This document shows, in pieces, positions 9,252 through 18,490 of a DNA stretch of 64,000 bases. Origin of the DNA: Escherichia phage vB_EcoM-RPN242; the sequence record OL656110.1; one strand, 5' to 3'. Position 1 is the stretch's first letter. Every line of letters starts with the position of its first letter. The position numbers were made by a program, and so were the translations under genes. Under the pieces are notes generated by a model. That model saw only the letters and a program-made list of their open reading frames with translations, was not told the DNA's origin and ran no database searches.

Positions 9252-11142
9252 TGTAAACAGAAAATACAAAAAGCTCTCACACATCGAGCATATACTCCTT
9301 CGCCCAGAGCGCCATCTAGGGAGTATCCGTTCTTCTGTCGGGATGGCTTGGGTATATGATCTCAGCAAAGACAAAGTTGTGTTTAAAGACAATTTTGAAT
9401 ATAACCCCGCTCTTATCAAACAGTTTGATGAAATCATCACCAACTGTGTTGACCACAGCAAGACCCCTGAGGGTAAATCCCTGACGGAAATCACCGTCAC
9501 AGTTTCCCCGATGAACGGTCAAATCATCGTTGCTGACAACGGGGGTATCCCTGTGGTCAAACATGAATCTGGTATGTGGTTGCCAGAAATGTTATTTTCA
9601 GAATTGTTTGCGGGATCGAACTTCAACGACGAAGACGAAGAGTACAACAACCAGAAGTCCGGTGGTCAGAATGGCGAAGGGGCGTCCCTCGTCAACGTGT
9701 TCTCCAAATGGTTCCGCATCACGACTAATGACGGCAAGAAGTCTTATACTCAGACGTTTGAAGACAACATGAGCAAGAAATCTAACCCAGTCATCAGCAA
9801 CGTGAACAGTCCCGGCACATCCATCGCCTGGATCCCTGACTATGCTCGCCTGGGCGTCAAAGGACTTGACCAGAACAACCTGCTGATGATCTATCGCCGC
9901 GCGTTTGAAGTGGCTGCGTGTAACCCGCGCCTGAAGATTGTTCTCAACGGGAAGCAAATCCGGATTGACCGCTTTGGCCACTTCGTTGATTACTTCCATG
10001 CTGGTTCGGCTGTTGACGAAACCGGGGATTGGTCTGTTGCTGTAGCCCCTTCATCCGGTACGTTCATGCACGCATCATACGTGAACTCTATTGCCACCCA
10101 CATCGGTGGTCCTCACGTTGATTATGTTGCCGACCAGATCGTGGCAGCGATTCGTCCCCAGCTGGTGAAGAAGTTCAAGACCGAGCTGAAACCTGCCATG
10201 ATCAAGAACCACATGTCCTTGTTCATCGCTGCCGACATCAACAACCCGCGCTTTGACAGCCAGACCAAGGAGCGCATGACCACTCCTGTCAGCCAGTTCG
10301 GTACGTCGTACAAGCCCAGTGATAAACTGATCCGCAAGGCGCTTGAGTTCGTTACGGCTGGTCTGAGCAAAGAACTGGCTTCCCTGCGCAATGAGCAGGA
10401 CGATGCTGAGTTTGAAAAGGCCAAGAAGGACATCAGCAAGCGGGATTATCGTGAGATTGAGAAGTATTACCCGGCGACCGCCCGTGGTGACCGCAGCGGA
10501 TGCTCCCTGTTGCTGACAGAGGGTGATAGTGCCTCCAATCCTATCCTGAATGCCCGCGACACCAAGAAGATCGGGTTGTTCCCGCTTCGTGGTAAGTTCA
10601 TCAACTGCCTGAACGCCCCGCGCTCAAAGGTGATGAACAATGAAGAGTTCAAGAACCTGTGTACGATCCACGGCGGCGCAGTGCCAGGCCAGCCCCTTGA
10701 TATCACCCGTTACCCACAGACTGTTGTGGCTACCGATGCGGACGATGATGGCATCCACATCCGTGGGTTGTTGATCACCCTGTATTGCACCTACTGGCCG
10801 GAGTACGTCCGTCAGGGCAGGCTGAAGCTCCTGCGCACCCCTTACATGCGTGTGTGGTGTGGTAAGGTGATGCATGAGTTCATGAACAACGCAGAGTATG
10901 AGGAGTTCCTGAAGACGCCTGATGCCAAGAAGATCACGAAGAAGAAATATCTGAAAGGTCTGGGTGGTAACAGCACTGAAGACTTCAAACGTATTCTAAA
11001 CAACCTGGATGCGTATACTACGACGGTCACGCTGGACGATGGCTATCAACAGTCACTGAAGAATGGCTTCGGTGATGAGGCCGCCGATTACCGCAAAACC
11101 TGGTTTAGCGATGTTTGCCTGTTTGAAACTGAGGATGAATAA
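9244..11142 (+). CDS. 39: DNA topoisomerase II large subunit (GyrB-like, fused gp39+gp60 equivalent)
   Basis: 632 aa; GHKL ATPase and TOPRIM-region motifs LLLTEGDSA, PRFDSQTKER; SD GGAGA. Confidence 0.9.
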   Translation: MVDVNRKYKKLSHIEHILLRPERHLGSIRSSVGMAWVYDLSKDKVVFKDNFEYNPALIKQFDEIITNCVDHSKTPEGKSLTEITVTVSPMNGQIIVADNGGIPVVKHESGMWLPEMLFSELFAGSNFNDEDEEYNNQKSGGQNGEGASLVNVFSKWFRITTNDGKKSYTQTFEDNMSKKSNPVISNVNSPGTSIAWIPDYARLGVKGLDQNNLLMIYRRAFEVAACNPRLKIVLNGKQIRIDRFGHFVDYFHAGSAVDETGDWSVAVAPSSGTFMHASYVNSIATHIGGPHVDYVADQIVAAIRPQLVKKFKTELKPAMIKNHMSLFIAADINNPRFDSQTKERMTTPVSQFGTSYKPSDKLIRKALEFVTAGLSKELASLRNEQDDAEFEKAKKDISKRDYREIEKYYPATARGDRSGCSLLLTEGDSASNPILNARDTKKIGLFPLRGKFINCLNAPRSKVMNNEEFKNLCTIHGGAVPGQPLDITRYPQTVVATDADDDGIHIRGLLITLYCTYWPEYVRQGRLKLLRTPYMRVWCGKVMHEFMNNAEYEEFLKTPDAKKITKKKYLKGLGGNSTEDFKRILNNLDAYTTTVTLDDGYQQSLKNGFGDEAADYRKTWFSDVCLFETEDE

Positions 11143-11143
11143 G

Positions 11144-12475
11144 ATGGTTGCTAAGAGCATTACTGTAACGGACTTTGTCAACACTGACCATAAGCAGTTT
11201 TCTGTGGTCAACAGCATCCGCCAAATCCCTCAGCTGATTGACAGCCTCAAGCCAAGCCAGCGCAAGATCCTTTTCGCTGCACTTGAGTACAATAAGGAGG
11301 AGATTGTTGACCGCCTTGGTATGTTCGCCGCCGCTCGCACCAACTACAAGTCTGGTGGTGAGAACATGAGCGGCACTATCGTGAACATGGCTCAGGGGTT
11401 CCCAGGCACGAACAACATCCCGTACTTTGACCGCGATGGCCAGTTTGGTTCTATCATGGGGCGTGACGCGTCGTCGGCACGTTACATTTCGGTGGCTGTA
11501 TCTGATGTTATCCGCAAGATCTTCCGCAAGGAGGATGAGGGTATCTTGGAATACAACTACCTTGGTGAAGAAAGGCTGGAGCCGAAGTTCTTTCTGCCCA
11601 TCCTACCCATGTTCCTGGTGAATGGGATCAATGGTATCGGCACCGGATATTCCACCGACACCCCGTGTCATTGCGTTAAGTCCGTGCTGAATGCCCTGAG
11701 AGCGCTTCTCCGTGGCGAAGACCCGAAAGACTTAAAACCGTACTGGAACGGCTTCAAAGGAGAGACAGGCTATACTGAGGAAGGAAGAGCATACAGTCGT
11801 GGTATCTTCCGTCGGGTCAATGCCACGACCCTGCATATCACCGAAGTCCCAGTGGGTTGGTTCGCCAAAACCTATGAGACCAAGGTGTTGCTGCCTCTGT
11901 ACAAGGCAGGTATCCTCACCGAGTACGCCAACGACACGACGGAAGATGGCTGGGATATCACGGTTGTGTTTAAGCGCGGCGAACTCTCTAAGCTGAGTGA
12001 CGAGCAGGTTGAGCAGATGTTCAAGCTGTATTCAGCCACCAAGCCTGTTTGGACGGCCTGGGATGAAGACGGTGTTATTCATCGTTATTCTGGTTGGCGG
12101 GACATGTTGCTGCCGTTCTTCAACTATCGCCTGTCCCGGTATGAAGACCGTCGCCAGTATCTGTTGAAGGACATGGCAGACAGGATCCGCAAGCTGGGTG
12201 ACCGGGCGGTGTTCATTGAATGGGCGACGCGTGTTGATCTCCGCCAAAAGATTGACGTGCTGAAGTCTCTGTTCATGCAGGACTACCCGGACTTTGGTGG
12301 TGATCTTGACGAGTTGTTCAAGATGCCTCTGTCGTCTATTACTCTGGACGCCCGTGAGCGCCTACTCAAGCAGATAGAGAACCTTGAAGCACAGCACAAG
12401 GAATTAAGTAAGAAAGAGGACATCGATCTTTACACTGATGACCTTGATGACCTTGAAAAGGCTCTTGGTCTTTAA
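11144..12475 (+). CDS. 52: DNA topoisomerase II medium subunit (GyrA-like, gp52)
   Basis: ATG 11144 after SD GAGGA, 1 nt after gp39 stop; GyrA-like motifs GQFGS, ARYI, GIGTGYSTD. Confidence 0.85.
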   Translation: MVAKSITVTDFVNTDHKQFSVVNSIRQIPQLIDSLKPSQRKILFAALEYNKEEIVDRLGMFAAARTNYKSGGENMSGTIVNMAQGFPGTNNIPYFDRDGQFGSIMGRDASSARYISVAVSDVIRKIFRKEDEGILEYNYLGEERLEPKFFLPILPMFLVNGINGIGTGYSTDTPCHCVKSVLNALRALLRGEDPKDLKPYWNGFKGETGYTEEGRAYSRGIFRRVNATTLHITEVPVGWFAKTYETKVLLPLYKAGILTEYANDTTEDGWDITVVFKRGELSKLSDEQVEQMFKLYSATKPVWTAWDEDGVIHRYSGWRDMLLPFFNYRLSRYEDRRQYLLKDMADRIRKLGDRAVFIEWATRVDLRQKIDVLKSLFMQDYPDFGGDLDELFKMPLSSITLDARERLLKQIENLEAQHKELSKKEDIDLYTDDLDDLEKALGL

Positions 12476-12479
12476 CATA

Positions 12480-12495
12480 GGAGGGTTCGCCCTCC
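12480..12495 (+). promoter_or_regulatory. UUCG-tetraloop hairpin whose 3' arm is complementary to the downstream SD
   Basis: GGAGGG-TTCG-CCCTCC right after gp52 stop; downstream SD GGAGGG (12502-12507) can alternatively pair with CCCTCC. Confidence 0.4.
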
Positions 12496-12514
12496 TCACC
12501 TGGAGGGTTGTGCT

Positions 12515-12802
12515 ATGTTCTATCTCCGTTCTGCAGCACCTGTGGTATTCATCATTTTCCTATTTGATTTCCTGGTTCCTCGCTTTATCAAAGAGGAGGT
12601 GGCGTTTGGTCTCTATGGTGAGACGGAAGACCCAGAGGTCGATGAATATTACCCAATGTGCGCCCTGAAAGATATCGAGGAAGGGGAAGATGTTGCAATG
12701 GTCGGCACTATGCGTTCTTTCAACCTGTTCGGGATTGCACTCTTTCCGAAACTGGTTGGTGAACTGCGCCCCTACGTTCCTGAAGCCACTGTAGATGGTT
12801 GA
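12515..12802 (+). CDS. hypothetical protein with N-terminal hydrophobic segment
   Basis: 95-aa ORF, SD GGAGGG. Confidence 0.5.
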   Translation: MFYLRSAAPVVFIIFLFDFLVPRFIKEEVAFGLYGETEDPEVDEYYPMCALKDIEEGEDVAMVGTMRSFNLFGIALFPKLVGELRPYVPEATVDG

Positions 12803-12841
12803 TCATAACATAGCTTCTGAGTCCTAAACTTCTGTCTATGG

Positions 12842-13117
12842 ATGTTTCCTTGTATTTTCATTGTCCTGGGTGTGATATACTTCATCTGTATCGCATTAAG
12901 GGCGAAATCCAAGGTCTTGATGTGGATGTGGAACAACAATATTATTGAGCCTACGTTCACACCGAGCCTGCTGGTGAATACAACTGATCCAGCATCATTT
13001 TGCCATCTATTCCTGACCGACGGCAAAATACAATTCCTCGGCGACTGTTTCCATGATCTGAAGAACCAGACAGTGGATATGGTCGACATCTCTGAACCTG
13101 AAATTTGGATTGAATAG
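12842..13117 (+). CDS. hypothetical membrane-anchored protein (start uncertain)
   Basis: 91-aa ORF; N-terminal TM-like FPCIFIVLGVIYFICIAL; no SD. Confidence 0.35.
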   Translation: MFPCIFIVLGVIYFICIALRAKSKVLMWMWNNNIIEPTFTPSLLVNTTDPASFCHLFLTDGKIQFLGDCFHDLKNQTVDMVDISEPEIWIE

Positions 13118-13120
13118 ATT

Positions 13121-13531
13121 ATGAAATTACTGGGATATTTTCGTGAACTCCCAACGGGTACTGAAGGCAAGTTGTTCTCACAGGTGAAGGAGGATGACAT
13201 CGGTGATACGATGATTCCATTGTACACTCGTGAACTTCCTGTCGAAGGTGCCTGGGAGCGCCGTGTGGTCGCTGCCGCCAACAAATATGGTGATGTAATC
13301 GTCGTTGCCGACCGTCACCACAGCCGATTCATGAACAGCCAGCTCAAGATCCTGAAAGAAGCAGGCGTCATTAAATCCACCCATACCCGCGAACAGGGCT
13401 TCATCGACAACCAGGGAAACTTCCTCACTCGTGAAGAGGCGTGCATCGTAGCCCGTGAAGCTGGACAGATTAATCAGGTGCGCCTGAAGACAACCCCTTT
13501 CCGAGAACTCTTTTCCGAAGACCTCTATTGA
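13121..13531 (+). CDS. hypothetical protein
   Basis: 136-aa ORF in plus-strand early block. Confidence 0.5.
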   Translation: MKLLGYFRELPTGTEGKLFSQVKEDDIGDTMIPLYTRELPVEGAWERRVVAAANKYGDVIVVADRHHSRFMNSQLKILKEAGVIKSTHTREQGFIDNQGNFLTREEACIVAREAGQINQVRLKTTPFRELFSEDLY

Positions 13532-13581
13532 AGAAAAAGGCGGTATTATTACCGCCTCGACCTCTTGTTTGGTAACATCAA

Positions 13582-13824
13582 ATGAACCCAGAATTTGAAA
13601 ATCTGTTCGAGCGATGCTTCGAACCAGGTTCTGTGTCCGGTTACATGGACCGCCTTTGCACTGCCATTGTAATACGCCTTGCTGCCAAGGGTATCGTTGT
13701 CAACACCATTATCCGCAATGGGAACAACTTTATCATGCAGATGACTGATTATCACCACCGCACAGGCATCATCCAGGTGTCATGTGTTGACAACAGCATT
13801 ATTGAATGGAGACAGTACGCATGA
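13582..13824 (+). CDS. hypothetical protein
   Basis: 80-aa ORF; 3' end overlaps macro-domain gene start. Confidence 0.4.
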   Translation: MNPEFENLFERCFEPGSVSGYMDRLCTAIVIRLAAKGIVVNTIIRNGNNFIMQMTDYHHRTGIIQVSCVDNSIIEWRQYA

Positions 13825-14420
13825 CAACTTATGTAATCAATGGTGGTGATCTACTGAAAGCCGCCTGTAGCTTCAATCTGATCGACATCTTTGCCCACGG
13901 TGCCAACTGTTGGTCTACCATGGGCGCGGGTATTGCCCTGCACATCGGTAACAACTTCCCAGCCCTGCGTGAAGTCGATGCTAACGACCCTCGTGGTCCA
14001 GAGCAACGCCTGGGTGGCATGTCCTATGCATTTGACCACAGCAAGGGCGTTTGGGGCGCGAACCTCTACACTCAGTTTTATCCAGGTCCGAACGCTCGAA
14101 TGCCGTCAGTCATCAGTTCTGTTCAGACCCTGTTTGAGCAGGTGCATGAAATTGTGGAAGCAACTAAAGACGAAACTGTCTATGTCGGCCTGCCTGCTAT
14201 CGGCTGTGGCATTGGTGGCCTGAACCTCTACAGTGTAGTGCGCCATATCAATCGAATCTCTGAAAGCGTGTATGAAGAGACCCGCCGTCGTGTCGTCCCA
14301 GTCTTCTATATCAGGGAAGGAGACGGATTCGATGATGATCTGATGGAACTTTCTCATCTGGACACAGAAGGTATCATGATTGTCGAAGATGAGCAAGAAA
14401 TCATCGACGAGGAGGCGTAA
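13821..14420 (+). CDS. macro domain protein (ADP-ribose binding/processing)
   Basis: ATG 13821 with SD GGAGA; macro-like motifs HGANCWSTMGAGIALHI and GLPAIGCGIGGL; acidic C-terminal tail. Confidence 0.6.
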   Translation: MTTYVINGGDLLKAACSFNLIDIFAHGANCWSTMGAGIALHIGNNFPALREVDANDPRGPEQRLGGMSYAFDHSKGVWGANLYTQFYPGPNARMPSVISSVQTLFEQVHEIVEATKDETVYVGLPAIGCGIGGLNLYSVVRHINRISESVYEETRRRVVPVFYIREGDGFDDDLMELSHLDTEGIMIVEDEQEIIDEEA

Positions 14421-15053
14421 ATGTACAAGTCTAATTTCCTTGCAGTTGCCGACAGCGAAACCCTGGGGCGCTGGGATGATGCAGTCATGTTGTCCTGGGC
14501 GCACACCATCGCTGACCTGACCAAGCGTTATACTCTTCAGCAGCTGGTTGAGGAGCGCACGACGTTCATTAAGCTGAATGTCAAAGAGCAGCTCGAACTT
14601 GGTCGCGTGAAGGACGCTGGGACAGTTGAATGGTGGCTGGGCACGGGCAAGCGCAACCCGTGTGATGCGGCTCGCGCCGTCAGTCTGTACCCGACTGAGC
14701 AGGACATCTCTATCTTCCAGCTGGCCGATGAAATCCGCAAGGGTTGTCATCGTCTTGGGGTAGACCCGCGCTCGGTTGACTGGTGTGACCGTAACTTGTT
14801 CGATCTGCGCAAGGCTCAGCACATCATTGAGGTGACGTGTAAGCAGGATTCCAACGAGCCTTGGGATTACCACCACACCTTCGACATCGTGAGTTGGCTG
14901 AAGGGTGTTGGACAGCAGGATCGGTATGCTGGCATCAAGGCGTGGGAACTGGAAGGTATGGTCTATCATGACCCTCGTTATGATGCGGCGCTTGACTGGC
15001 TGCGTATTCAGAAGACCATGGAAGATCTGATGGGTCTGGAAGTGAAAGAATGA
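14421..15053 (+). CDS. dexA: DEDDh 3'-5' exonuclease (DexA-like)
   Basis: Exo I motif FLAVADSETLG and Exo III H-x4-D motif YHDPRYDAALD; SD GAGGAGG. Confidence 0.6.
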   Translation: MYKSNFLAVADSETLGRWDDAVMLSWAHTIADLTKRYTLQQLVEERTTFIKLNVKEQLELGRVKDAGTVEWWLGTGKRNPCDAARAVSLYPTEQDISIFQLADEIRKGCHRLGVDPRSVDWCDRNLFDLRKAQHIIEVTCKQDSNEPWDYHHTFDIVSWLKGVGQQDRYAGIKAWELEGMVYHDPRYDAALDWLRIQKTMEDLMGLEVKE

Positions 15054-15352
15054 TATTCTTCACAGTTATTGGCGCTATCGTAACAGCTGGGGTGTTCACA
15101 GCCATATTGGGCTACCTGTACTTCATGTTCCTTCATCCGTTATTTCAGGCGTTCAGTCTCACGAATTGGTACTTGGCCTGCCTAAAGGCCGACGGCGGCG
15201 TGAACATGGCCTCTCTTCCTTACTGGCGGCTGGTGGCGCATTACTACTCGGTCGGTGGCTGGCCTGGGGAAAGGACATGGAACTCTATCGGTGAGTGGTA
15301 TGGAATAGGTCGATGGCGTATATTCCCTGATGAAGACGATCAAGCCCCGTGA
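15050..15352 (+). CDS. hypothetical membrane protein
   Basis: 100-aa ORF with N-terminal TM segment; ATGA overlap with upstream gene. Confidence 0.45.
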   Translation: MIFFTVIGAIVTAGVFTAILGYLYFMFLHPLFQAFSLTNWYLACLKADGGVNMASLPYWRLVAHYYSVGGWPGERTWNSIGEWYGIGRWRIFPDEDDQAP

Positions 15353-15416
15353 GGGGCTTTTCTATATCCGGGATAGAGTATCATTGGTTCACCAACTAAT
15401 CCTCGGGAGAGGCGAT

Positions 15417-15758
15417 ATGAAACGTTCGGTTGTTGTAAATGACATCACGAGATTGATAAACCTTGTCAAAGATGTGTTTCCACAACAGGTGGATGTCGAG
15501 TACGTGGGGAAGAACGGGAAGTGTTACCAGGTCGCCCTGTTGTTGAAGCACGTGTATCCCCAAGCAGAGATCCATTACAGTCAGACCGAAGGTCATGTGT
15601 ATACTCTGATTGATGGGCATTACTACGACATCGAAGGCATCCACTTCAGTGTCCCACCGGACACGTGTTTGCTCGAACACAACAGAGGTCACAAACCACA
15701 TCGCTGGCATAAAGGGTTTGTGAACGTACCGATTTTAGAATGGTTGAGGAGACCATAA
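15417..15758 (+). CDS. hypothetical protein
   Basis: ATG 15417 with SD GGGAGAGG; His-rich C-terminal half. Confidence 0.45.
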   Translation: MKRSVVVNDITRLINLVKDVFPQQVDVEYVGKNGKCYQVALLLKHVYPQAEIHYSQTEGHVYTLIDGHYYDIEGIHFSVPPDTCLLEHNRGHKPHRWHKGFVNVPILEWLRRP

Positions 15759-16318
15759 TGGCAGGAATTGTAAAGTATCTGGGCGACACCCACCTCGGAC
15801 ACAAGAAGGTCTTCAAGCCCCGTGGGTTCGATACCCAAGAGGCACATGATGCTGCAGTCATCGACACGATCTTCCAGGGAATGAAGTCTCGAGACGTCCT
15901 TGAACTTGCAGGCGACATCTGCTTCATCGGGGCTGAGGGGTTCATTCGCCTGATGCGCGAGGGTGCCAAGCGGAATATCGATGAGTTCAAACGCCGCCCG
16001 GTTCCCGATGACTGGCGACCGAACTTTATCATCAGGGTGGCGCAAGGCAACCATGACAGATTCAAGATGTTGATGCATCTGTATCAAGAGGGATGGATTA
16101 GCTCCTTTGGTGCGATGTATGAGCGTGATACTCCGGTTGGTCGTGTGTTGACCACTCACGTTCCTTATCAATTGGACCGCTGGGCGTATAATATCCATGG
16201 TCATCTTCACAGTAAAATGCGTGAAGAACGTGAATACCTGAACTGCAGCTGGGAACAATTCAAGCGCCCTGTAACCCTGTCTGAGTTGTTATACACCAAT
16301 CTGGGGATTGAAATATGA
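15758..16318 (+). CDS. calcineurin-like metallophosphoesterase
   Basis: MPP motifs GDTHLGH, AGDICF, GNHD, HGHLH; TAATG overlap with upstream gene. Confidence 0.65.
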   Translation: MAGIVKYLGDTHLGHKKVFKPRGFDTQEAHDAAVIDTIFQGMKSRDVLELAGDICFIGAEGFIRLMREGAKRNIDEFKRRPVPDDWRPNFIIRVAQGNHDRFKMLMHLYQEGWISSFGAMYERDTPVGRVLTTHVPYQLDRWAYNIHGHLHSKMREEREYLNCSWEQFKRPVTLSELLYTNLGIEI

Positions 16319-16632
16319 AAATTTATTTTCCTGGCCAAAAAGTGCCTTATAAAGTGCAGAAGGTCACAATCACAGGCTACCGGAAAGGGGATCCATATCT
16401 GCGCTTCTCCTCTCCATGTATCGTGAAGCAAACTAAAACGGGTTATTATATCAGGCCGATTGTGTTGATGGGCTGTGTAATGACGTTCAGAGCTTCCTGT
16501 GAACACGTTCTTATACAAGGAAGTCCGAACATCGAAGGTGGAGTAACCCACACGAACTGCAAGCCGATTATCCCGACATGGTTGATTATTGGTGTGCTTT
16601 CCGTTTTAGCCCTGAAAGGAGTATTGTCATGA
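16315..16632 (+). CDS. hypothetical protein
   Basis: 105-aa ORF, C-terminal hydrophobic segment. Confidence 0.4.
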   Translation: MKIYFPGQKVPYKVQKVTITGYRKGDPYLRFSSPCIVKQTKTGYYIRPIVLMGCVMTFRASCEHVLIQGSPNIEGGVTHTNCKPIIPTWLIIGVLSVLALKGVLS

Positions 16633-16967
16633 AAAAGCCGCGCATCACAGGACACCAACTCTCGGTTCTCTACGGGATAGGGAACTTTGAGAAAGGTCAT
16701 TACCGTTATGGTGAATGGTACTTGCATCCCAAATCCTGGACCAATGACAAGGGCAACACCGTCTGGACGTTCCAGGTATGCCCGAACACTGGTGGTTTCA
16801 CCTCCGTCAAAGGCGACCCATGGGACACCCGCACAGGGGCTTCCCTGCTCGCCAAGGGGTTGATCGAACCAGCTGGCTCAATGGTTCATGACGGTTCTTA
16901 CGTGAACTGGCCGAACACTGAGGTGACGTTCTATCGCCTGACCGAACTCGGTAAATCTTATCTCTGA
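16629..16967 (+). CDS. hypothetical protein
   Basis: ATG 16629 after SD AAGGAG; overlaps upstream stop. Confidence 0.45.
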   Translation: MKKPRITGHQLSVLYGIGNFEKGHYRYGEWYLHPKSWTNDKGNTVWTFQVCPNTGGFTSVKGDPWDTRTGASLLAKGLIEPAGSMVHDGSYVNWPNTEVTFYRLTELGKSYL

Positions 16968-16990
16968 ATAAAGATTCAGCGGTTATTGAA

Positions 16991-17022
16991 GAAGGGGGAG
17001 TATATACTTCCCTTCGTTTATT
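16991..17022 (+). terminator. candidate terminator (imperfect GC-rich hairpin plus T-rich tail)
   Basis: GAAGGGGGAGTA...TACTTCCCTTC followed by GTTTATT. Confidence 0.4.
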
Positions 17023-17036
17023 AAGAGGAACCGGAA

Positions 17037-17351
17037 ATGACCCCATTAAAAGAAATGTATGAGCGTCTGGCTGAACTACAGGCGAAGGAAAAGCGCTTCT
17101 CAGAAGAAGAGACAGAGCTGTCCGAGCTGAACACTTTGATCGCCACTCGCGAGAAGTACCTGCAGCGCTACATTAATCACCCGCCGCGCATGGTAGACCG
17201 CGTCAGCACTATCATGGACCTGGATGAAGTTACTCCTGGCAAAGAAATCATTGCCAGGGAAGTCCACCAGATGGTCGCCATGGGTCAGATCTTTGGTCGT
17301 GCAGACCAAGACGACATGATCTTCCTCCTTGAAAAGAAACTGGTGATGTGA
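17037..17351 (+). CDS. hypothetical protein
   Basis: 104-aa ORF with SD AGAGGAA. Confidence 0.5.
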   Translation: MTPLKEMYERLAELQAKEKRFSEEETELSELNTLIATREKYLQRYINHPPRMVDRVSTIMDLDEVTPGKEIIAREVHQMVAMGQIFGRADQDDMIFLLEKKLVM

Positions 17352-17857
17352 TGGCTATCAAACCCCGTATGTTATTTGCGCATATGCGCTCGGCTCATGC
17401 ATACGCTCTGTCCAGCTATGCCCAGCGCCTGAAGGTCGGCTGTGTTATCGTTGACCCGCGTGTTGACCAGCCCCTGTCTATCGGTTGGAACGGGACTGCT
17501 CCTGGCGCTCCTAATGTCTGTGAGAAGGAAGTAGACGGTCAACTGGTATCGGTGGGTGTTATCCACGCCGAGGAGAATGCTCTGAGCAAACTCCCCCAGC
17601 ACACTGAAGACTGTTGTGGCCTGGTGATGTTTGTCACTCATAGTCCATGCCCAGAGTGCACCCGTCGTATTATCGACAGTGGCAAGATCGCTAAAGTGTT
17701 CTATGACCGACCATATCGTATCATAGACGGCATTATTGAAATGCTGGATGCTGGGATTGAAGTATATCGCATGGTCGATCAGATTGTTGTAGTCCAGCAT
17801 TCTGTGAAGAGCGGCGAACTGGTATCCACCCCTGTTTTAGTGAACCCTGACAAATAA
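17351..17857 (+). CDS. cd: dCMP deaminase
   Basis: zinc-binding deaminase motifs HAEENAL and PCPECTRRI; ATG 17351 overlaps upstream stop (TGATG). Confidence 0.85.
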   Translation: MAIKPRMLFAHMRSAHAYALSSYAQRLKVGCVIVDPRVDQPLSIGWNGTAPGAPNVCEKEVDGQLVSVGVIHAEENALSKLPQHTEDCCGLVMFVTHSPCPECTRRIIDSGKIAKVFYDRPYRIIDGIIEMLDAGIEVYRMVDQIVVVQHSVKSGELVSTPVLVNPDK

Positions 17858-17867
17858 GGAATTTATC

Positions 17868-18275
17868 ATGCGTTATGTAGATCGTATGCTCGGCAAAGAC
17901 GAGCACGTTATTGCCTTCACCCGCCCGACTTGGTGGAGTGGTTTTTGGATTTACGTTCTGGTTATTTTAACGTTTATCCCAACATTTGGATTCAGCTTGT
18001 TATTTCTGATACCAACAATTTTAAATGTATTGACAACTGAATTCGCTGTGACTAACAAGCGCGTCATCGTCAAACGTGGTTTCATCCGTCGTGATGCTGA
18101 TGAGTTGCGCATCGGTAAGGTGGAGACAGTGAAGGTTGATCAGTCCATCACAGGCCGCATCTTGGGCTTCTCAACAATCAGCGTGATCGGTACGGGCGGC
18201 ACCCACCTGCTGGCCAAGGGTTGTGCTGGTGGTAATGCGTTCCGCCAGAAGATCTACGATCACCTAGAAGACTGA
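17868..18275 (+). CDS. bacterial PH-domain (YdbT/DUF304-like) membrane protein
   Basis: two N-terminal TM helices followed by NKRVIVKRGFIRRDADELRIGKVETV-type bPH motif. Confidence 0.45.
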   Translation: MRYVDRMLGKDEHVIAFTRPTWWSGFWIYVLVILTFIPTFGFSLLFLIPTILNVLTTEFAVTNKRVIVKRGFIRRDADELRIGKVETVKVDQSITGRILGFSTISVIGTGGTHLLAKGCAGGNAFRQKIYDHLED

Positions 18276-18277
18276 TC

Positions 18278-18490
18278 ATGATCATTTCAGGTTACACCAT
18301 CGATCTTTATTGTGAATGCTCAGATTGCAAGGCATGCAGTTGGGCTTGGGAAGAGCATCACCCCAAGTGCGGGTTCAAACAATACACTGGTGAGACTTGG
18401 GGTGAGTGTGTCAAACAGGCGCGATCAGACGGCTGGCAAATTGGGCGCGACAGGCATACCTGTTACGCCCCTGGCCACAAGAGAAGTTAA
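18278..18490 (+). CDS. hypothetical Cys-rich small protein
   Basis: 70 aa with CECSDCKAC and further Cys/His. Confidence 0.45.
   Translation: MIISGYTIDLYCECSDCKACSWAWEEHHPKCGFKQYTGETWGECVKQARSDGWQIGRDRHTCYAPGHKRS

Noticed and set aside
13539-13556. GGCGGTA/TACCGCC hairpin after ORF 13121-13531
   Set aside because: Not followed by a T-tract on the plus strand, and the minus-strand U-tract has no gene to terminate; kept only as an unexplained stem-loop.
14106-14969. 287-aa minus-strand ORF overlapping the macro and DexA genes
   Set aside because: Antisense to two plus-strand genes with clear motifs; no SD; composition typical of a shadow frame.
15689-16258. 189-aa minus-strand ORF opposite the metallophosphoesterase gene
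   Set aside because: The plus-strand ORF carries all MPP motifs; the minus ORF is a shadow frame.
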